Source of the DNA: Planctomycetota bacterium
Lineage (GTDB): Bacteria; Planctomycetota; Planctomycetia; Planctomycetales; Planctomycetaceae
Direction: 5' to 3'
Length of the DNA stretch: 64,000 nucleotides
Assembly (NCBI GenBank): GCA_039796955.1
Contig: JBDKIW010000227.1
Coordinates: forward strand, 5,405 to 69,404
The position numbers were made by a program, and so were the translations under genes. The notes below the pieces were generated by a model, which saw only the letters and a program-made list of their open reading frames with translations, made no database searches and was not told where the DNA came from. Shown here one piece after another: positions 41,067 through 51,097 of this stretch (positions are counted from its first letter, which is position 1; every line of letters begins with the position of its first letter).

Positions 41067-42464
41067 TTAGTAGGTCAGGATGGCGTCAATACCAAACACG
41101 GTCTGGTTGAACAGGTCATCATGTCCCTGTCCGCCGACGGAAGCACCTGGAGACCACATGTGTCGAACTTCCGGTCGGATGACAAGGATGTCAGCCGGCT
41201 TGATGTTCACACCGTAGGTGACGGTGTTGTAGGACACGCTGTCGGCCTTGTACCATTCCTGGCGAACCCCAGCCTTCAGCTGCTCATTGATGGTGTAGAA
41301 CAGGTAGTTGATCTGACCGGTGGAGTTGTCAGAGATGCCTGTCTGAGCGAAGCTGCCGCCGAGGTTGGATCCAAGAACGTCGAACTGATGAACGGACTGA
41401 ATGACATCCGTCCAGTTGTGGGACAGAACCACGCTATTGATGGAGCCGTCGCCGCGCCAGCCGAGGTTTCCGGCGGTCATCATGTAGGTCAGCGATGTTG
41501 CGTCGGAGAGGTTGTAGATGAAACCACCGAGGAATGAGTTTCCGTTGTTGAGCTGATCAAACCCTGAGTCCATGCCGAGTGTCCAGCCGCTCAGGATGGT
41601 CAGGTTATCTCCGGCAGCGTAGGAACCCAGCACCCCGGTGTGGGTGAATGGCTCGCTGTTGTAGAAGGTCACCTGACGGCTCAGGAAGAAGTTACCTCCG
41701 GATGGAATGACTTCGTATCCGATCGGGGTGTAGAAGTGCCCGAGCTTTACGGACAGATCACCGACGGCGGCTTCGGCGTAGAGCTGAGGCAGTGCCCATT
41801 CGTAGATGCCGTGGTTCCATTTTTCGTCGTAGTCATAACGACCGAAGTTGTTTCCAAATGACTGGGCTTCATTACCATCGATCCCGTAGATCGCTTCTGC
41901 ACGGAAGCCGAGTCCGAGGCCGTTGGAGCCATCAGCCGTCTTGTTAATGTAGAGTCCCTGCTGATTCAGGCCGAAGACACCCCATTCTTTGGCGTTGTTG
42001 TAGCCGGAACCAAAGTTGACATTGTTGAAGGCTCCGTTGCCTGTGAAGGCACCGTCCGGGTTATTCTGGTAGCCGAACTGTGTCCAGCCACCGAATTCGA
42101 TTCCGCTTCCGGATTCGCCGAACAGGCCTCCATCGCAGCCTTCTCCACAGGCATCTCCGAGGAGATCGCCGCATGGGTCGCCGCAGGCGTCATCACACAC
42201 AGAGGATGGTGCGCAGCAGCTGGAATCGCCATTGCCGCAGCCATTTCCACAGGCACTCATTGATGCGAGTTGGTCTGTGAGTTTCTGACCTGCTTCGGAG
42301 AAGATCTGGTCGCAGCTCTGGCAATTGCCAGCACAACCTGAACCGTTTCCGCATCCATCTGAACAGCTTTCGCCGGCGGCGAAAGCGACATTCGTTGCTG
42401 CCAGTGTCCCGCAAAGGGCCATACTGGACAGGAGTGCCTTCCATGATCGTCTGACCATCTGCAA
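41067..42464 (-). CDS. Putative outer-membrane beta-barrel (porin-like) protein with a Cys/Gly-rich N-terminal module
   Basis: Signal peptide (KALLSSMALCGTLAATNVAFA). Alternating hydrophobic/polar and aromatic/Gly-rich strands follow. The C-terminus ends in an aromatic residue (..GIDAILTY), as in OMP beta-signals. Confidence 0.6.
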   Translation of the reverse strand: MQMVRRSWKALLSSMALCGTLAATNVAFAAGESCSDGCGNGSGCAGNCQSCDQIFSEAGQKLTDQLASMSACGNGCGNGDSSCCAPSSVCDDACGDPCGDLLGDACGEGCDGGLFGESGSGIEFGGWTQFGYQNNPDGAFTGNGAFNNVNFGSGYNNAKEWGVFGLNQQGLYINKTADGSNGLGLGFRAEAIYGIDGNEAQSFGNNFGRYDYDEKWNHGIYEWALPQLYAEAAVGDLSVKLGHFYTPIGYEVIPSGGNFFLSRQVTFYNSEPFTHTGVLGSYAAGDNLTILSGWTLGMDSGFDQLNNGNSFLGGFIYNLSDATSLTYMMTAGNLGWRGDGSINSVVLSHNWTDVIQSVHQFDVLGSNLGGSFAQTGISDNSTGQINYLFYTINEQLKAGVRQEWYKADSVSYNTVTYGVNIKPADILVIRPEVRHMWSPGASVGGQGHDDLFNQTVFGIDAILTY

Positions 42465-42843
42465 TCCCTCGCGATCATCAATGACCCGTCGAAGCGGTTC
42501 CTTCCTCCCGAAGGTTTCGCCTCAATAGTCTGATCAACCTGCCAACAACTGCATCGGAGTCACTGCGAGCGACGCATCTGTCGGCAAAAATCCCTGATTC
42601 CACACAATGTGGAAATCGCTTAATCGGGCTGAGAGGGATATCGTCGCTCTGTAGCGATTGAGCGGAAGGTTCGCAGTTTGAAATGTGGTTCGGCTTCAGA
42701 TTGCTGTGGGAAAATGCCTACAGGTGTAACAAGCGGTAGTATTTGCGCAGATTGCCCGGTTTATTTTCTGTGGTGTTGGTGTGGAAAACAGCTGGAAATT
42801 GTGAGTTCAGGGACGAAGTCCTGAAGTCAGGGGTTGTTGGGAG

Positions 42844-43722
42844 TCAGTCGATAATTTTGCTGATTGGATACTCAACGATGCCTCGTGCGCCGGCTTGTTT
42901 CAGGCGCGGGATGATCGAGCGGACGATGTTTTCATCCACGATGGTATTGAGTGCGACCCAGGCGGGGTCGGAGAGATGAGAAACGGTGGGTTTCTGGAGC
43001 GCAGGGAGGATTGAGAGGACGGAGTTGAGGTTTTGTTCGAGGGTATTCATCATCAGCCCCACTTTGCCTTCGGCTTCGAGGCAGGACTGAAGCATCAGAG
43101 CGATATTTTCAATTTTTGTACGAACCCACGGATCAGACCATGCGGCTTTGTTAGCGATGAAGCGGGTTGTGCTCTGAAGGAGTTCCTCAACGATTCTGAG
43201 ATTATTGGCGCGGAGCGAGCTGCCGGTTTCGGTCACTTCGACGATTGCATCGGCGAGTTTTGGGGGTTTGACCTCGGTTGCTCCCCAGGAGAATTCGACC
43301 TGAGCAGTGACACCGCGTTCTGCGAGAAAGCGGGTGGTCAATCCGACGACTTCTGTGGCGATGCGTTTTCCCTGCAGGTCCGCAACGGTTTTGACGGGGG
43401 AATCTTCGGGGACGCAGAGCACCCAGCGGACGGGTCTTCGGCTGACCTTTGAGAAGACCAATTCGCAGACTTCGTGGACACTGGACCCGGTTTCGAGGAT
43501 CCAGTCGTACCCGGTGATCCCGGCATCGAGGATCCCGTTTTCGACATATCGGGCCATTTCCTGGGCCCGGATCAGCATGCATTCAATTTCGGGATCGTCG
43601 ACCGTGGGGAAGTAGGATCGGGACGCAAACTTGATGTTGTAGCCTGCGCGGCTGAAGAGTGCGGCGGTGGATTCCTGGAGGCTACCGGCCGGGATACCGA
43701 GTTTCAGGATGCGACTGGACAT
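42844..43722 (-). CDS. hisG: ATP phosphoribosyltransferase (long form)
   Basis: [42 protein letters not shown] and a C-terminal regulatory domain. ATG 43722. Confidence 0.9.
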   Translation of the reverse strand: MSSRILKLGIPAGSLQESTAALFSRAGYNIKFASRSYFPTVDDPEIECMLIRAQEMARYVENGILDAGITGYDWILETGSSVHEVCELVFSKVSRRPVRWVLCVPEDSPVKTVADLQGKRIATEVVGLTTRFLAERGVTAQVEFSWGATEVKPPKLADAIVEVTETGSSLRANNLRIVEELLQSTTRFIANKAAWSDPWVRTKIENIALMLQSCLEAEGKVGLMMNTLEQNLNSVLSILPALQKPTVSHLSDPAWVALNTIVDENIVRSIIPRLKQAGARGIVEYPISKIID

Positions 43723-43787
43723 GGGACGACTTTCACGGGCAAGGTGCACAGAGTGTGTGAACTGGGACGGACGAGGTCGGGCAGGTG

Positions 43788-44177
43788 CTACTTGTGGTAG
43801 ACTATTGCGGGATCGAACACTCGAGTGCCTTCGATTGTGACACTGCGATCTTCTGGGTTTATTCTGCGAAAGAAGCAGGATCGATAACCTTCATGGCAGG
43901 CGGCATTGCCAATCTGGTGGACTTTCAGCAGCAGTGTGTCTCCGTCGCAGTCGAAATAGGCGGCTTTGAGTTCCTGAACATTTCCGCTTTCCTCACCCTT
44001 GCGCCAGAGTTTTTTTCTGCTGCGGCTGTAGTAGCAGACGCGTCCGGTGCGGAGGGTTTCCTGCCAGGCGTCTTCATTCATCCAGGCCATCATCAGAACA
44101 TCACCCGTTTCTGCATCCTGGGCGATCGCGGGGATGAGGGAATTGGCGGAAAAGTCTGGACCATTCAGGAGTGCCAT
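43788..44177 (-). CDS. hisI: Phosphoribosyl-AMP cyclohydrolase
   Basis: [24 protein letters not shown]., [18 protein letters not shown] and [11 protein letters not shown]. Confidence 0.9.
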   Translation of the reverse strand: MALLNGPDFSANSLIPAIAQDAETGDVLMMAWMNEDAWQETLRTGRVCYYSRSRKKLWRKGEESGNVQELKAAYFDCDGDTLLLKVHQIGNAACHEGYRSCFFRRINPEDRSVTIEGTRVFDPAIVYHK

Positions 44178-44795
44178 AGCAGCGCCATTATTGTTCAGGG
44201 AACCGAAAACTGACTGCAGCCGGAGTACGACGGGGTGTCAAATTCCCAGCGGCGAGGAAAAGGAAAGGTCTGGCAACCCAGGACTTTGCTGGACTTGTGG
44301 CGACCGGAGCCTCACTTTGCGGCCGGGCTTGTGGGGCCGGCGTGTTGAGAGACACATGTTTGGTTCCGGGAGAAGTCAGCAGAAGTGACCGAATCTTTCG
44401 GGACTCTAACGATGTGATCCCGGCTTCTCCAGCAGGACAATGTCCGGAGCGCAAGGATGCGATATTTTTTCATCAGAAACACCGACTTTTTCGAATCTGA
44501 AAAATCGGATTTCAGGAGGATTTTTTCGTTGTAAACATTCATGGTGCACTCCAGAGGAAGTCTGGCAGTGTAGCCGCGAGATTGCTTCCTGGCAGCGATC
44601 GCCGACGCGGCAGCGACCATTCTGCGGGGCGATCTGGTCAGGAGAATCGAGTGGTGACGATGTGAGTGTATCAGTCGGACCTCTGGCGAATTCAGTGGTC
44701 AGCCGATAGACTAGTCGGAGGGGAAGATTGTCTGCACTGGTGGTGCGTGGACATTGATTGATGCGTGATCTGAGTTTTTCAGTTGGGAAAAGAAC

Positions 44796-45665
44796 GTGAA
44801 GCTTTGCAAGATTCGGCTGGTTGATGGTTCTATGCGGGTTGCGGCGATGCATGACGCAGAAGTTCAGCCGCTGGATCTGACTCAAATCAACAACTGTCAT
44901 TCGCTGATGGATATTCTGAATTCAGCTGATCCGGCCGGGTTGGCTCGGTTTCTTCTGAAGCCGGACACGCGTCCGTTGTCCCTGTCTGAGGTGACAGTGC
45001 TGGCACCGCTGGACCTTCAGGAGGTTTGGGCGGCTGGTGTGACCTACAAGCGCAGCCAGATTGCGAGGATGGAGGAGTCTGAATCGGCTGCGTCCAACTA
45101 TGACAAGGTGTATACCGCGGACCGGCCGGAATTATTTTTCAAGGCCACACCTTCACGAGTTGCTGGCCCGGGCCAGGCCTTGCGAGTTCGTTGTGACAGT
45201 TCGTGGAGTGTTCCGGAACCTGAGTTCACTCTGGTGCTCAACCGACATGGACAGATTGTGGGCTATACGATTGGCAACGACATGTCGGCGCGTGACATTG
45301 AAGGTGAGAATCCGCTGTATCTGCCGCAGGCGAAGTTGTATCGGCAGTGTGCAGGACTGGGTCCCTGCATTCTGCTGGCGGAGGCACCTCTGGAACCGGA
45401 GTCCGTGGATATTTCGCTGGAGATACGCCGGTCCGGAACATCAGTGTTTTCCGGGACCACAAAGCTCAGTCAGATGAAGCGGACGCCGGAAGAACTGGCC
45501 GGCTGGCTGTTTCGTGAAAACGATCTTCCTGATGGTGCGTTTCTGATGACGGGAACTGGAATTGTTCCTGACGACAACTTCACGCTGCAGCATGGCGACG
45601 AGGTTTCGATCAGCATTTCCGGAATCGGGACTCTGACCAACCCGATCGTCAAAGAGACTCTCTGA
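44796..45665 (+). CDS. Fumarylacetoacetate hydrolase (FAH) family protein
   Basis: The pattern [44 protein letters not shown] is FAH-fold-like. GTG start. Confidence 0.7.
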   Translation: MKLCKIRLVDGSMRVAAMHDAEVQPLDLTQINNCHSLMDILNSADPAGLARFLLKPDTRPLSLSEVTVLAPLDLQEVWAAGVTYKRSQIARMEESESAASNYDKVYTADRPELFFKATPSRVAGPGQALRVRCDSSWSVPEPEFTLVLNRHGQIVGYTIGNDMSARDIEGENPLYLPQAKLYRQCAGLGPCILLAEAPLEPESVDISLEIRRSGTSVFSGTTKLSQMKRTPEELAGWLFRENDLPDGAFLMTGTGIVPDDNFTLQHGDEVSISISGIGTLTNPIVKETL

Positions 45666-45790
45666 CGATCGGCAAGACGAGCGATAACATTGTCCGCGCC
45701 ATGGTCAGAAGACCTGAAGTCTGAACTCTTCTGAAGTTTGCCGGCAGGGGACTTCGCACCGCATCCTGGTTCTTCCCGACAGACATCGCT

Positions 45791-46594
45791 ATGCAGAATT
45801 CCGTAAAGAAAATCACCGTGCCATTCTTTCGCTCTGCGGCTGGCACGGATCGCAGACTGACCATGCTGACAGCCTATGACTACCTCTGGGCTGGAATCTT
45901 TGATCAGGCTGGTGTCGACAGTATTCTTGTGGGTGACAGTCTGGCGATGGTCGTTCAGGGCCATTCAACGACGTTGCCTGTGACGCTGGAGCAGATGATT
46001 TATCATGGCGAGCTGGTGGTGCGTGCCGTGCGGCGTGCGCTGGTTGTGGTTGACATGCCCTTTATGAGTTATCAGGTCAGTGTGAAGCAGGCGATTCGCA
46101 ATGCGGGTCGGATCATTAAGCAAACTGGCGCCGATGCGGTGAAGCTGGAGGGTGGCGCGATTCAATCGGAGACGATTCGCGGGCTGGGGCGTGCGGATAT
46201 TCCGGTGATGGCGCATATCGGCATGCGTCCTCAGGCTGTTCGCCAACTTGGGGGCATGGGAAAGATTCAGCGGCAGGAGCAGCAGTTACTGGACGATGCG
46301 AGAGCTGCTGAGGATGCCGGAGCATTTGCTCTGATCCTTGAATTGATTCCGGAGGACATCGCGGGCAGGATCACAGCCAGCCTGGCCATTCCGACCATCG
46401 GCATAGGAGCTGGACCGCGTTGTACAGGTCAGGTGCTGGTGGGGCCTGACATGCTGGGGCTGAATGAGGGTTTTCGTCCGCGGTTTCTGAAGGAATTCGG
46501 CGATCTGCGCAAACAGGCGGACAAGGCTGTGCGGGATTATGTGGAGCAGGTGCGGGGCGGAGAATTTCCCGGTGCAGAGCATTCGCATCAGTGA
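45791..46594 (+). CDS. panB: 3-methyl-2-oxobutanoate hydroxymethyltransferase
   Basis: LTMLTAYDY, ILVGDSLAMVVQGH.TTLPVTLEQMIYH, VVVDMPFMSYQ and GADAVKLEGG. Confidence 0.93.
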   Translation: MQNSVKKITVPFFRSAAGTDRRLTMLTAYDYLWAGIFDQAGVDSILVGDSLAMVVQGHSTTLPVTLEQMIYHGELVVRAVRRALVVVDMPFMSYQVSVKQAIRNAGRIIKQTGADAVKLEGGAIQSETIRGLGRADIPVMAHIGMRPQAVRQLGGMGKIQRQEQQLLDDARAAEDAGAFALILELIPEDIAGRITASLAIPTIGIGAGPRCTGQVLVGPDMLGLNEGFRPRFLKEFGDLRKQADKAVRDYVEQVRGGEFPGAEHSHQ

Positions 46595-46776
46595 CGAGTG
46601 AACAGGCCGCGAGCGAGTCATGGCACATGAATCGTGGTCAGGTGCGGAGTCGGACAGCGGTTTTCATGAGGCACAAAGGGGTAGGGTGCCGCGTTTTGCG
46701 GTCGTGTGGGATTCGTGTCTTTTGAAGACGTACACTGAGTGCTGAGTGGGACCGACTTGCGGCTTCGGGTTGGCTG

Positions 46777-48066
46777 TTAGTTGATCCAGAGTGAAAAGAT
46801 CAGGAATTGCCCCTGAAACGCGGAGTTAATTTCCGCCCAGGTCCGGGTCTGAGTGATGGTTCCTTTTTCAAGGAACGGGTGCAGGCCGGTTCCCTGGAGG
46901 CACAGGACGAGGTCAAAGCGTTGTGGTTCCAGGAAGACTTTGCGGAGATTGATACCGAGTTCTGAATTTGTCGGGAACGTGTCGGCGAAGGGAGCGATAC
47001 CTCCCGGAATGCCTCGCCAGAACGGCAGCAATCGTTTTCCCTGCAGGATGAGTTCAAGCTCATCGAGCATTCTGAGCCACTGTGTCTGCATGGCGGGAGA
47101 GATGCGAAATGACTGGCTGAAAGCTGCTGATTGCTGAGGATTGGGAAGCCATTCCCGATCATTATCGGTTTCCGCGTTGATCAGTTTCCATGATTGCCGG
47201 CTGAGTGGTGGGACAGCCTCAAGGTGAGCGAGTGCTCGTTTCATGGCATCGGCTTCCATCAGAGGAAAGTTGATGCAGTGAATGAAGGCCACGAGATCGA
47301 GAGCATTCCCCGCGTGAAATCCGGCGAAGGGGCCGGTGCCCTCGCGGGCGAGGTAGTTGTAGGGCGTTTCGACTCGCGGATAAAACAGGTGAGCCGTGCG
47401 TTCAAACAGGTCCTTCCAGTCGTACGCCAGCATCATTTCACAGGTGGCCGAAAGGATGTGGCAGTAGCTTCTGAGCCAGAGGACATCTCCATCATCAAAA
47501 TGGATCAGAGTGGTTTCGTTTTCTGCGGGCTTAGCTGAGTTTTGCTGCCGGGAGATCGCGTTGAAGATAAACAGCAGAGATTCCTCGGGGGCCGGCTGGC
47601 CGTCGCCATTCAAATCGAGGTGAATCGCTGCGAAATCGAGGGCCACACGAACTTCCGAAGGATTGACCCTGGACAGCGTTGTTTCGGCCTGCAGCAGCGA
47701 ATCCCGGAAGTGGCGAATCACGTCGCGGGCAGCCTGCCACGACAGGAGTTCGGGGCTGTCATTTTCGGGTACGGGGAGCCGCGTGAGTGGCAGCATGAGA
47801 CGTCGGCCACCGAGTAGTCCATAACGATACTGGGCCTGCCCCAGATCTTCGATGGCGACCAGAAACTGTGCGATCCCGAGTTCAAAAGAGGCCTGATGGT
47901 CTTCTGGCCGAGAGTTGACGATCTGAGTGAGTGTTGCAACTGCAGTCCTTGTTTTTCCCTGTTTCAGCAGTTCCTGTAACGGAGGCTGCTGGGCGACTGC
48001 TGCGTTTGAGACGAGTACAGTCAGAAACAGCGGCAGCAGCAGGTTAGCTGGTCGTTGGGATCGCAT
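46777..48066 (-). CDS. Hypothetical secreted protein
   Basis: 429-aa ORF with an N-terminal signal peptide (LLLPLFLTVLVSNAAVAQQ). No family recognised. Confidence 0.55.
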   Translation of the reverse strand: MRSQRPANLLLPLFLTVLVSNAAVAQQPPLQELLKQGKTRTAVATLTQIVNSRPEDHQASFELGIAQFLVAIEDLGQAQYRYGLLGGRRLMLPLTRLPVPENDSPELLSWQAARDVIRHFRDSLLQAETTLSRVNPSEVRVALDFAAIHLDLNGDGQPAPEESLLFIFNAISRQQNSAKPAENETTLIHFDDGDVLWLRSYCHILSATCEMMLAYDWKDLFERTAHLFYPRVETPYNYLAREGTGPFAGFHAGNALDLVAFIHCINFPLMEADAMKRALAHLEAVPPLSRQSWKLINAETDNDREWLPNPQQSAAFSQSFRISPAMQTQWLRMLDELELILQGKRLLPFWRGIPGGIAPFADTFPTNSELGINLRKVFLEPQRFDLVLCLQGTGLHPFLEKGTITQTRTWAEINSAFQGQFLIFSLWIN

Positions 48067-48339
48067 GTGTCACCTTGTCTTACGATAGTCTGGAAAAGGT
48101 GGGACCAAATATTGAACGCGTGTTCGAAAGGAGCTCCGGAGCCGGATGATTGTCTCTGAATTGTCTGGACACGTGTGCGTGTTTCGGTGTGACGAGTTTG
48201 GAGCAGTCTCCGGATCTTCCGGAGATCAGGCCTTCCGGACGAGGGCGTTTGTCTGCGAAATCGTAACACAACGCTGACTGCGTTATCGCCACGATTGACC
48301 TCGGTGGATGCAGAAGTGGGACAAACGATCCTGGGGAGA

Positions 48340-49461
48340 TCAGGGCTCCTGGGAGCTCTGCCGTCTGGCGGGCGGCAGATTGGGGCGTGTGGTTGTTGAG
48401 TTTCCGCCCGGTGGTCCCAGACCGAAGGAAACAGAGCGGAGCAGGCGATCCTGATGTCCGGCAAATTCGGCATAGCGTTGGAGCAACTGTTGTTCGGGGC
48501 CCTCTGCCGCATCAGTCTGAGCGAGGAATTCCAGACGTCCTTTGGCCTGAGCTGGGGACATGGTCATCAATTCTCGTTGTTGCTCTGAGGTGATTTTTTC
48601 GAATTCGGAGAGAATTTGTGCTTCGGAGACCGGGAATTCCTGAAGCAGATCACTGCCGAGTTTCAGGGCGCACTGGCTGAAGATGGAGTAGACGATGGGG
48701 GTGAGCCATCCGACTTCCCATGATCGACCTTCGACGGGGCGTACGGCTGTTGTGAATGCAGCACTCCATTCGGCGTCGTTCAGATCATTAAGCAGGATCG
48801 ACTTAAGGGCGAGAATTTGTGTGGTGGCTTTTTGAACCTGTTCTGATGATTGCCCTGCATTCTGAATTTTTTCGAACAGAAACAGGTTGAGTCTTAACGC
48901 CTTGTGCCCGTCGGAGTTCAGTGACAGCAGATCGCTCTGGACATCGTCAGGCCGATCCTGTTCCGGCACCATGGTGGAGACCAGCATGAGGCATTCTGAC
49001 GTGGTCAGGTGCAGAGTTGGCAATCTGCGGGCGTAGGCTTCAGGAAATCGAATCTCCACCTGGTCGCTGGTGCGGCGCGTCGAGGATGTCGTCCAGTGCT
49101 CCTGGACAAAGGTGAGTCTGTTCTCCGTGGAAAGGGTCATCCATGTGTCCCAGTCAGGGCGGGAGAGTTGTTTCCACCAGTTGCCGAACCGGAGCAGTGT
49201 TTCGTGAAGCTCTGGTTCAGCCAGCGCAGCGTGGTGGATGTCGCGGAGTTGTTGCTGTCGTTCCGGGGACTGTGCGAGGAAGTCTTTGTGACTGAGCAGC
49301 AGGTTATGTTTTTCGGTGTCCGTGAATTCACGGAACCGGGTAGACCGGGATTCCAGAAGGCGACGTTCGCTGGTGGATCTGCCGAGCAGGAGAACTGCGA
49401 GTAAGGAACCGCAGGCGATGCCAAGGAGGGCTTTTCCGGCAGAGGTTCTGGTCTGGTTCAT
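48340..49461 (-). CDS. Hypothetical membrane-anchored, helix-rich protein
   Basis: One N-terminal TM helix (ALLGIACGSLLAVLLLG). The 4-nt overlap (ATGA) with the upstream anti-sigma gene suggests translational coupling. Confidence 0.55.
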   Translation of the reverse strand: MNQTRTSAGKALLGIACGSLLAVLLLGRSTSERRLLESRSTRFREFTDTEKHNLLLSHKDFLAQSPERQQQLRDIHHAALAEPELHETLLRFGNWWKQLSRPDWDTWMTLSTENRLTFVQEHWTTSSTRRTSDQVEIRFPEAYARRLPTLHLTTSECLMLVSTMVPEQDRPDDVQSDLLSLNSDGHKALRLNLFLFEKIQNAGQSSEQVQKATTQILALKSILLNDLNDAEWSAAFTTAVRPVEGRSWEVGWLTPIVYSIFSQCALKLGSDLLQEFPVSEAQILSEFEKITSEQQRELMTMSPAQAKGRLEFLAQTDAAEGPEQQLLQRYAEFAGHQDRLLRSVSFGLGPPGGNSTTTRPNLPPARRQSSQEP

Positions 49462-50018
49462 GGAGTGTTCCCGGAGTTGGTCGCGGGGAGTGCGGCAAGT
49501 TTCTTCAGGAAAGCCGTGTCGGGAATCTGTCGCATGCTCTGGTAGTCCTGCAGCAGGGTCAGATTTCGCAGGATTTCCGTATCATCGGGATTGGCTGTGT
49601 GGACGTCTGACTGTCGGGAGAGCAGTAAGCCGGCGCTGGTACCGCAAAAGCCTGCCAGGGTCCAAATCAGCAAGGTTCCGGGTGACCACTGTGAAGCGAG
49701 GGCGCGCAGGCGTGATGCTGTGCTGTGGGGAGTTGAGAGTTCGGGGCGATTGTCCCGGGCTTGAATACAGCTCAGCGTCCTGCGGGTGAATTCGCCACTG
49801 GCGGGAGCTTCCTCGAGGGCATCGAGCATTTGCCAGGTTCGATCCAGTGAATCAGCGCAACGGCGGAGAGGAGCGTCCACCGCAAGTTGTTGTTCAAGTT
49901 TTTCGGAGTCTTCCGGGGGTAATTCTCCGTCGAGGTAGGCGACGAGTTCTGTCAGCGTCGGATCATCGATGGAGTCATCGTCCGGATGGGGTGATGGATT
50001 TTCGCTGGCACTGACCAT
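49458..50018 (-). CDS. Putative anti-sigma factor (single-pass membrane protein)
   Basis: It lies immediately downstream of the ECF sigma gene. The N-terminal LTELVAYLDGELPPEDSEKLEQQLA pattern is typical of anti-sigma N-domains. One TM helix is present (LLIWTLAGFCGTSAGLLL). Confidence 0.55.
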   Translation of the reverse strand: MVSASENPSPHPDDDSIDDPTLTELVAYLDGELPPEDSEKLEQQLAVDAPLRRCADSLDRTWQMLDALEEAPASGEFTRRTLSCIQARDNRPELSTPHSTASRLRALASQWSPGTLLIWTLAGFCGTSAGLLLSRQSDVHTANPDDTEILRNLTLLQDYQSMRQIPDTAFLKKLAALPATNSGNTP

Positions 50019-50050
50019 GGGAAGGTTCTTCCAAACAGGGGCGGTGAGAC

Positions 50051-50707
50051 TCAGACAAATCGCTCGAGGACTTCTTTCAGTCGGACTCGAGCACGTGACA
50101 GAAGGGATTTGACAGCGACGACACCCAGCCCCATCACCTCGCCGATTTCCTCGTAGCTCATTTCTTCAAATTTATGAAGGATGACGGCGGTCCTCTGGCG
50201 TTCACTCAGTTCCTCAATGGCCAAACGGACGACGTCGCGCATTTCTATGGCATCGAGTTGCCGCGTGGGCATGAGGGCTGATTTCTCGGCGAGGTTAGCT
50301 TCATTACGGTGAAATTCATGGGCATCTGAACCAGAAGCCAGAGAGATTTCGCGGCGGCGGACGGTACCGCGTTTCTGATTACTGGCGAGGTTGTTGGCGA
50401 TCCGGAAAAGCCAGGTTGAGAATTTGGCTGTGGGTTCGTAACGTTCCCGAGAACGATAGACTCGAAGAAACGTCTCCTGGGCCATGTCTTCAGCGACGGG
50501 TCGATCATGAAACAAGTGAAAATAGAAGCCGACAAGCCGATCCTGGTAACGCACGACCAGATCTTCAAATGCCGTATGATCACCGGCTGCGACCCGCAGC
50601 ATCAATTGCACATCCGGGTCTGCAAGGTATTGATTCCTGAGTGACTGGGAGACCAAAAGGCCGCTCCGGAAAAACGAGGTTGGCCAGAGCAGCGGGACGG
50701 GGCCCAT
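50051..50707 (-). CDS. ECF-type RNA polymerase sigma factor (sigma-24 family)
   Basis: The region 2 motif is AEDMAQETFLRVYRSRERYEPTAKFSTWLFRIANNLASN. The region 4 motif is LSERQRTAVILHKFEEMSYEEIGEVMGLGVVAVKSLLSRAR. The start is uncertain, with an alternative ATG at 50602. Confidence 0.85.
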   Translation of the reverse strand: MGPVPLLWPTSFFRSGLLVSQSLRNQYLADPDVQLMLRVAAGDHTAFEDLVVRYQDRLVGFYFHLFHDRPVAEDMAQETFLRVYRSRERYEPTAKFSTWLFRIANNLASNQKRGTVRRREISLASGSDAHEFHRNEANLAEKSALMPTRQLDAIEMRDVVRLAIEELSERQRTAVILHKFEEMSYEEIGEVMGLGVVAVKSLLSRARVRLKEVLERFV

Positions 50708-50946
50708 GTCGGTGGCCTGAAGAGCATGCAGGCATTGTCACTGTATGGTGGCAGGCGATCGTCAGGCAAGTGTGCGTTGCCCTGATCTTCGACTTCAGCC
50801 GACACAGGCAGCATTTCGGAACATGCTTACCATGCAGGAGTGATGCGACGTGTGGTGATGATCACGGTTTGAGGGCATCATGGGTTGCAGAGACGGCCCT
50901 GGTCGCATTTGACGGCGGATCCAACAGGGCCGGCAGTTCTACGGGC

Positions 50947-50980
50947 GTAAAAAAACCTCGACTTTTTCAAGTCGAGGTTT
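50947..50980 (-). terminator. Intrinsic terminator following tRNA-Glu
   Basis: A 9-bp stem aacctcgac / gtcgaggtt. On the minus strand it is followed by a T-run. Confidence 0.6.
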
Positions 50981-51055
50981 TGACCCCAAGGGGATTTGAA
51001 CCCCTGTTACCGGAATGAAAATCCGATGTCCTAGACCTAACTAGACGATGGGGCC
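50981..51055 (-). tRNA. tRNA-Glu (anticodon TTC)
   Basis: The reverse complement folds as a cloverleaf. The acceptor is ggcccca/tggggtc (one G-U pair). The anticodon stem-loop is tcgga-ttTTCat-tccgg. The T-arm is agggg-ttcaaat-cccct. Confidence 0.88.
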
Positions 51056-51097
51056 TTGAAGTTCTGGCAGAGACTGTACCCGAGATGCGATTCCGTT

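Noticed and set aside
41055-41537. 160-aa plus-strand ORF opposite the 3' part of the beta-barrel protein gene
   Set aside because: The minus-strand product has a signal peptide, barrel-like strands and a terminal aromatic residue. The plus-strand ORF is a shadow.
42465-42843. CUGAGA-containing stretch (gggctgagaggga) that briefly suggested a TPP riboswitch
   Set aside because: No ACCUGAUCUGGAUAAUGCCAGCG-like pyrimidine-sensing helix is present. It also lies on the plus strand, where no gene follows.
44312-44620. Small minus-strand ORF (internal start MNVYNEKILLKSDF, preceded by GGAG) in the 600-nt hisI / FAH spacer
   Set aside because: The RBS is plausible, but the sequence has no motif, the C-terminal half is low-complexity, and overlapping ORFs exist in other frames. 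The evidence is not enough to call a gene.
44178-44795. Large spacers scanned for RNase P RNA, SRP RNA, tmRNA or 6S RNA. The other spacers scanned were 13916-14289, 51347-51776, 52119-52884, 58520-59063 and 60069-60842.
   Set aside because: By eye I found no conserved core motif: GAGGAAAGUCCGGGC for RNase P, GGUCCGGAAGGAAGCAGCC for SRP RNA, or a tRNA-like end with a resume codon for tmRNA. A covariance-model scan would be needed to be sure.
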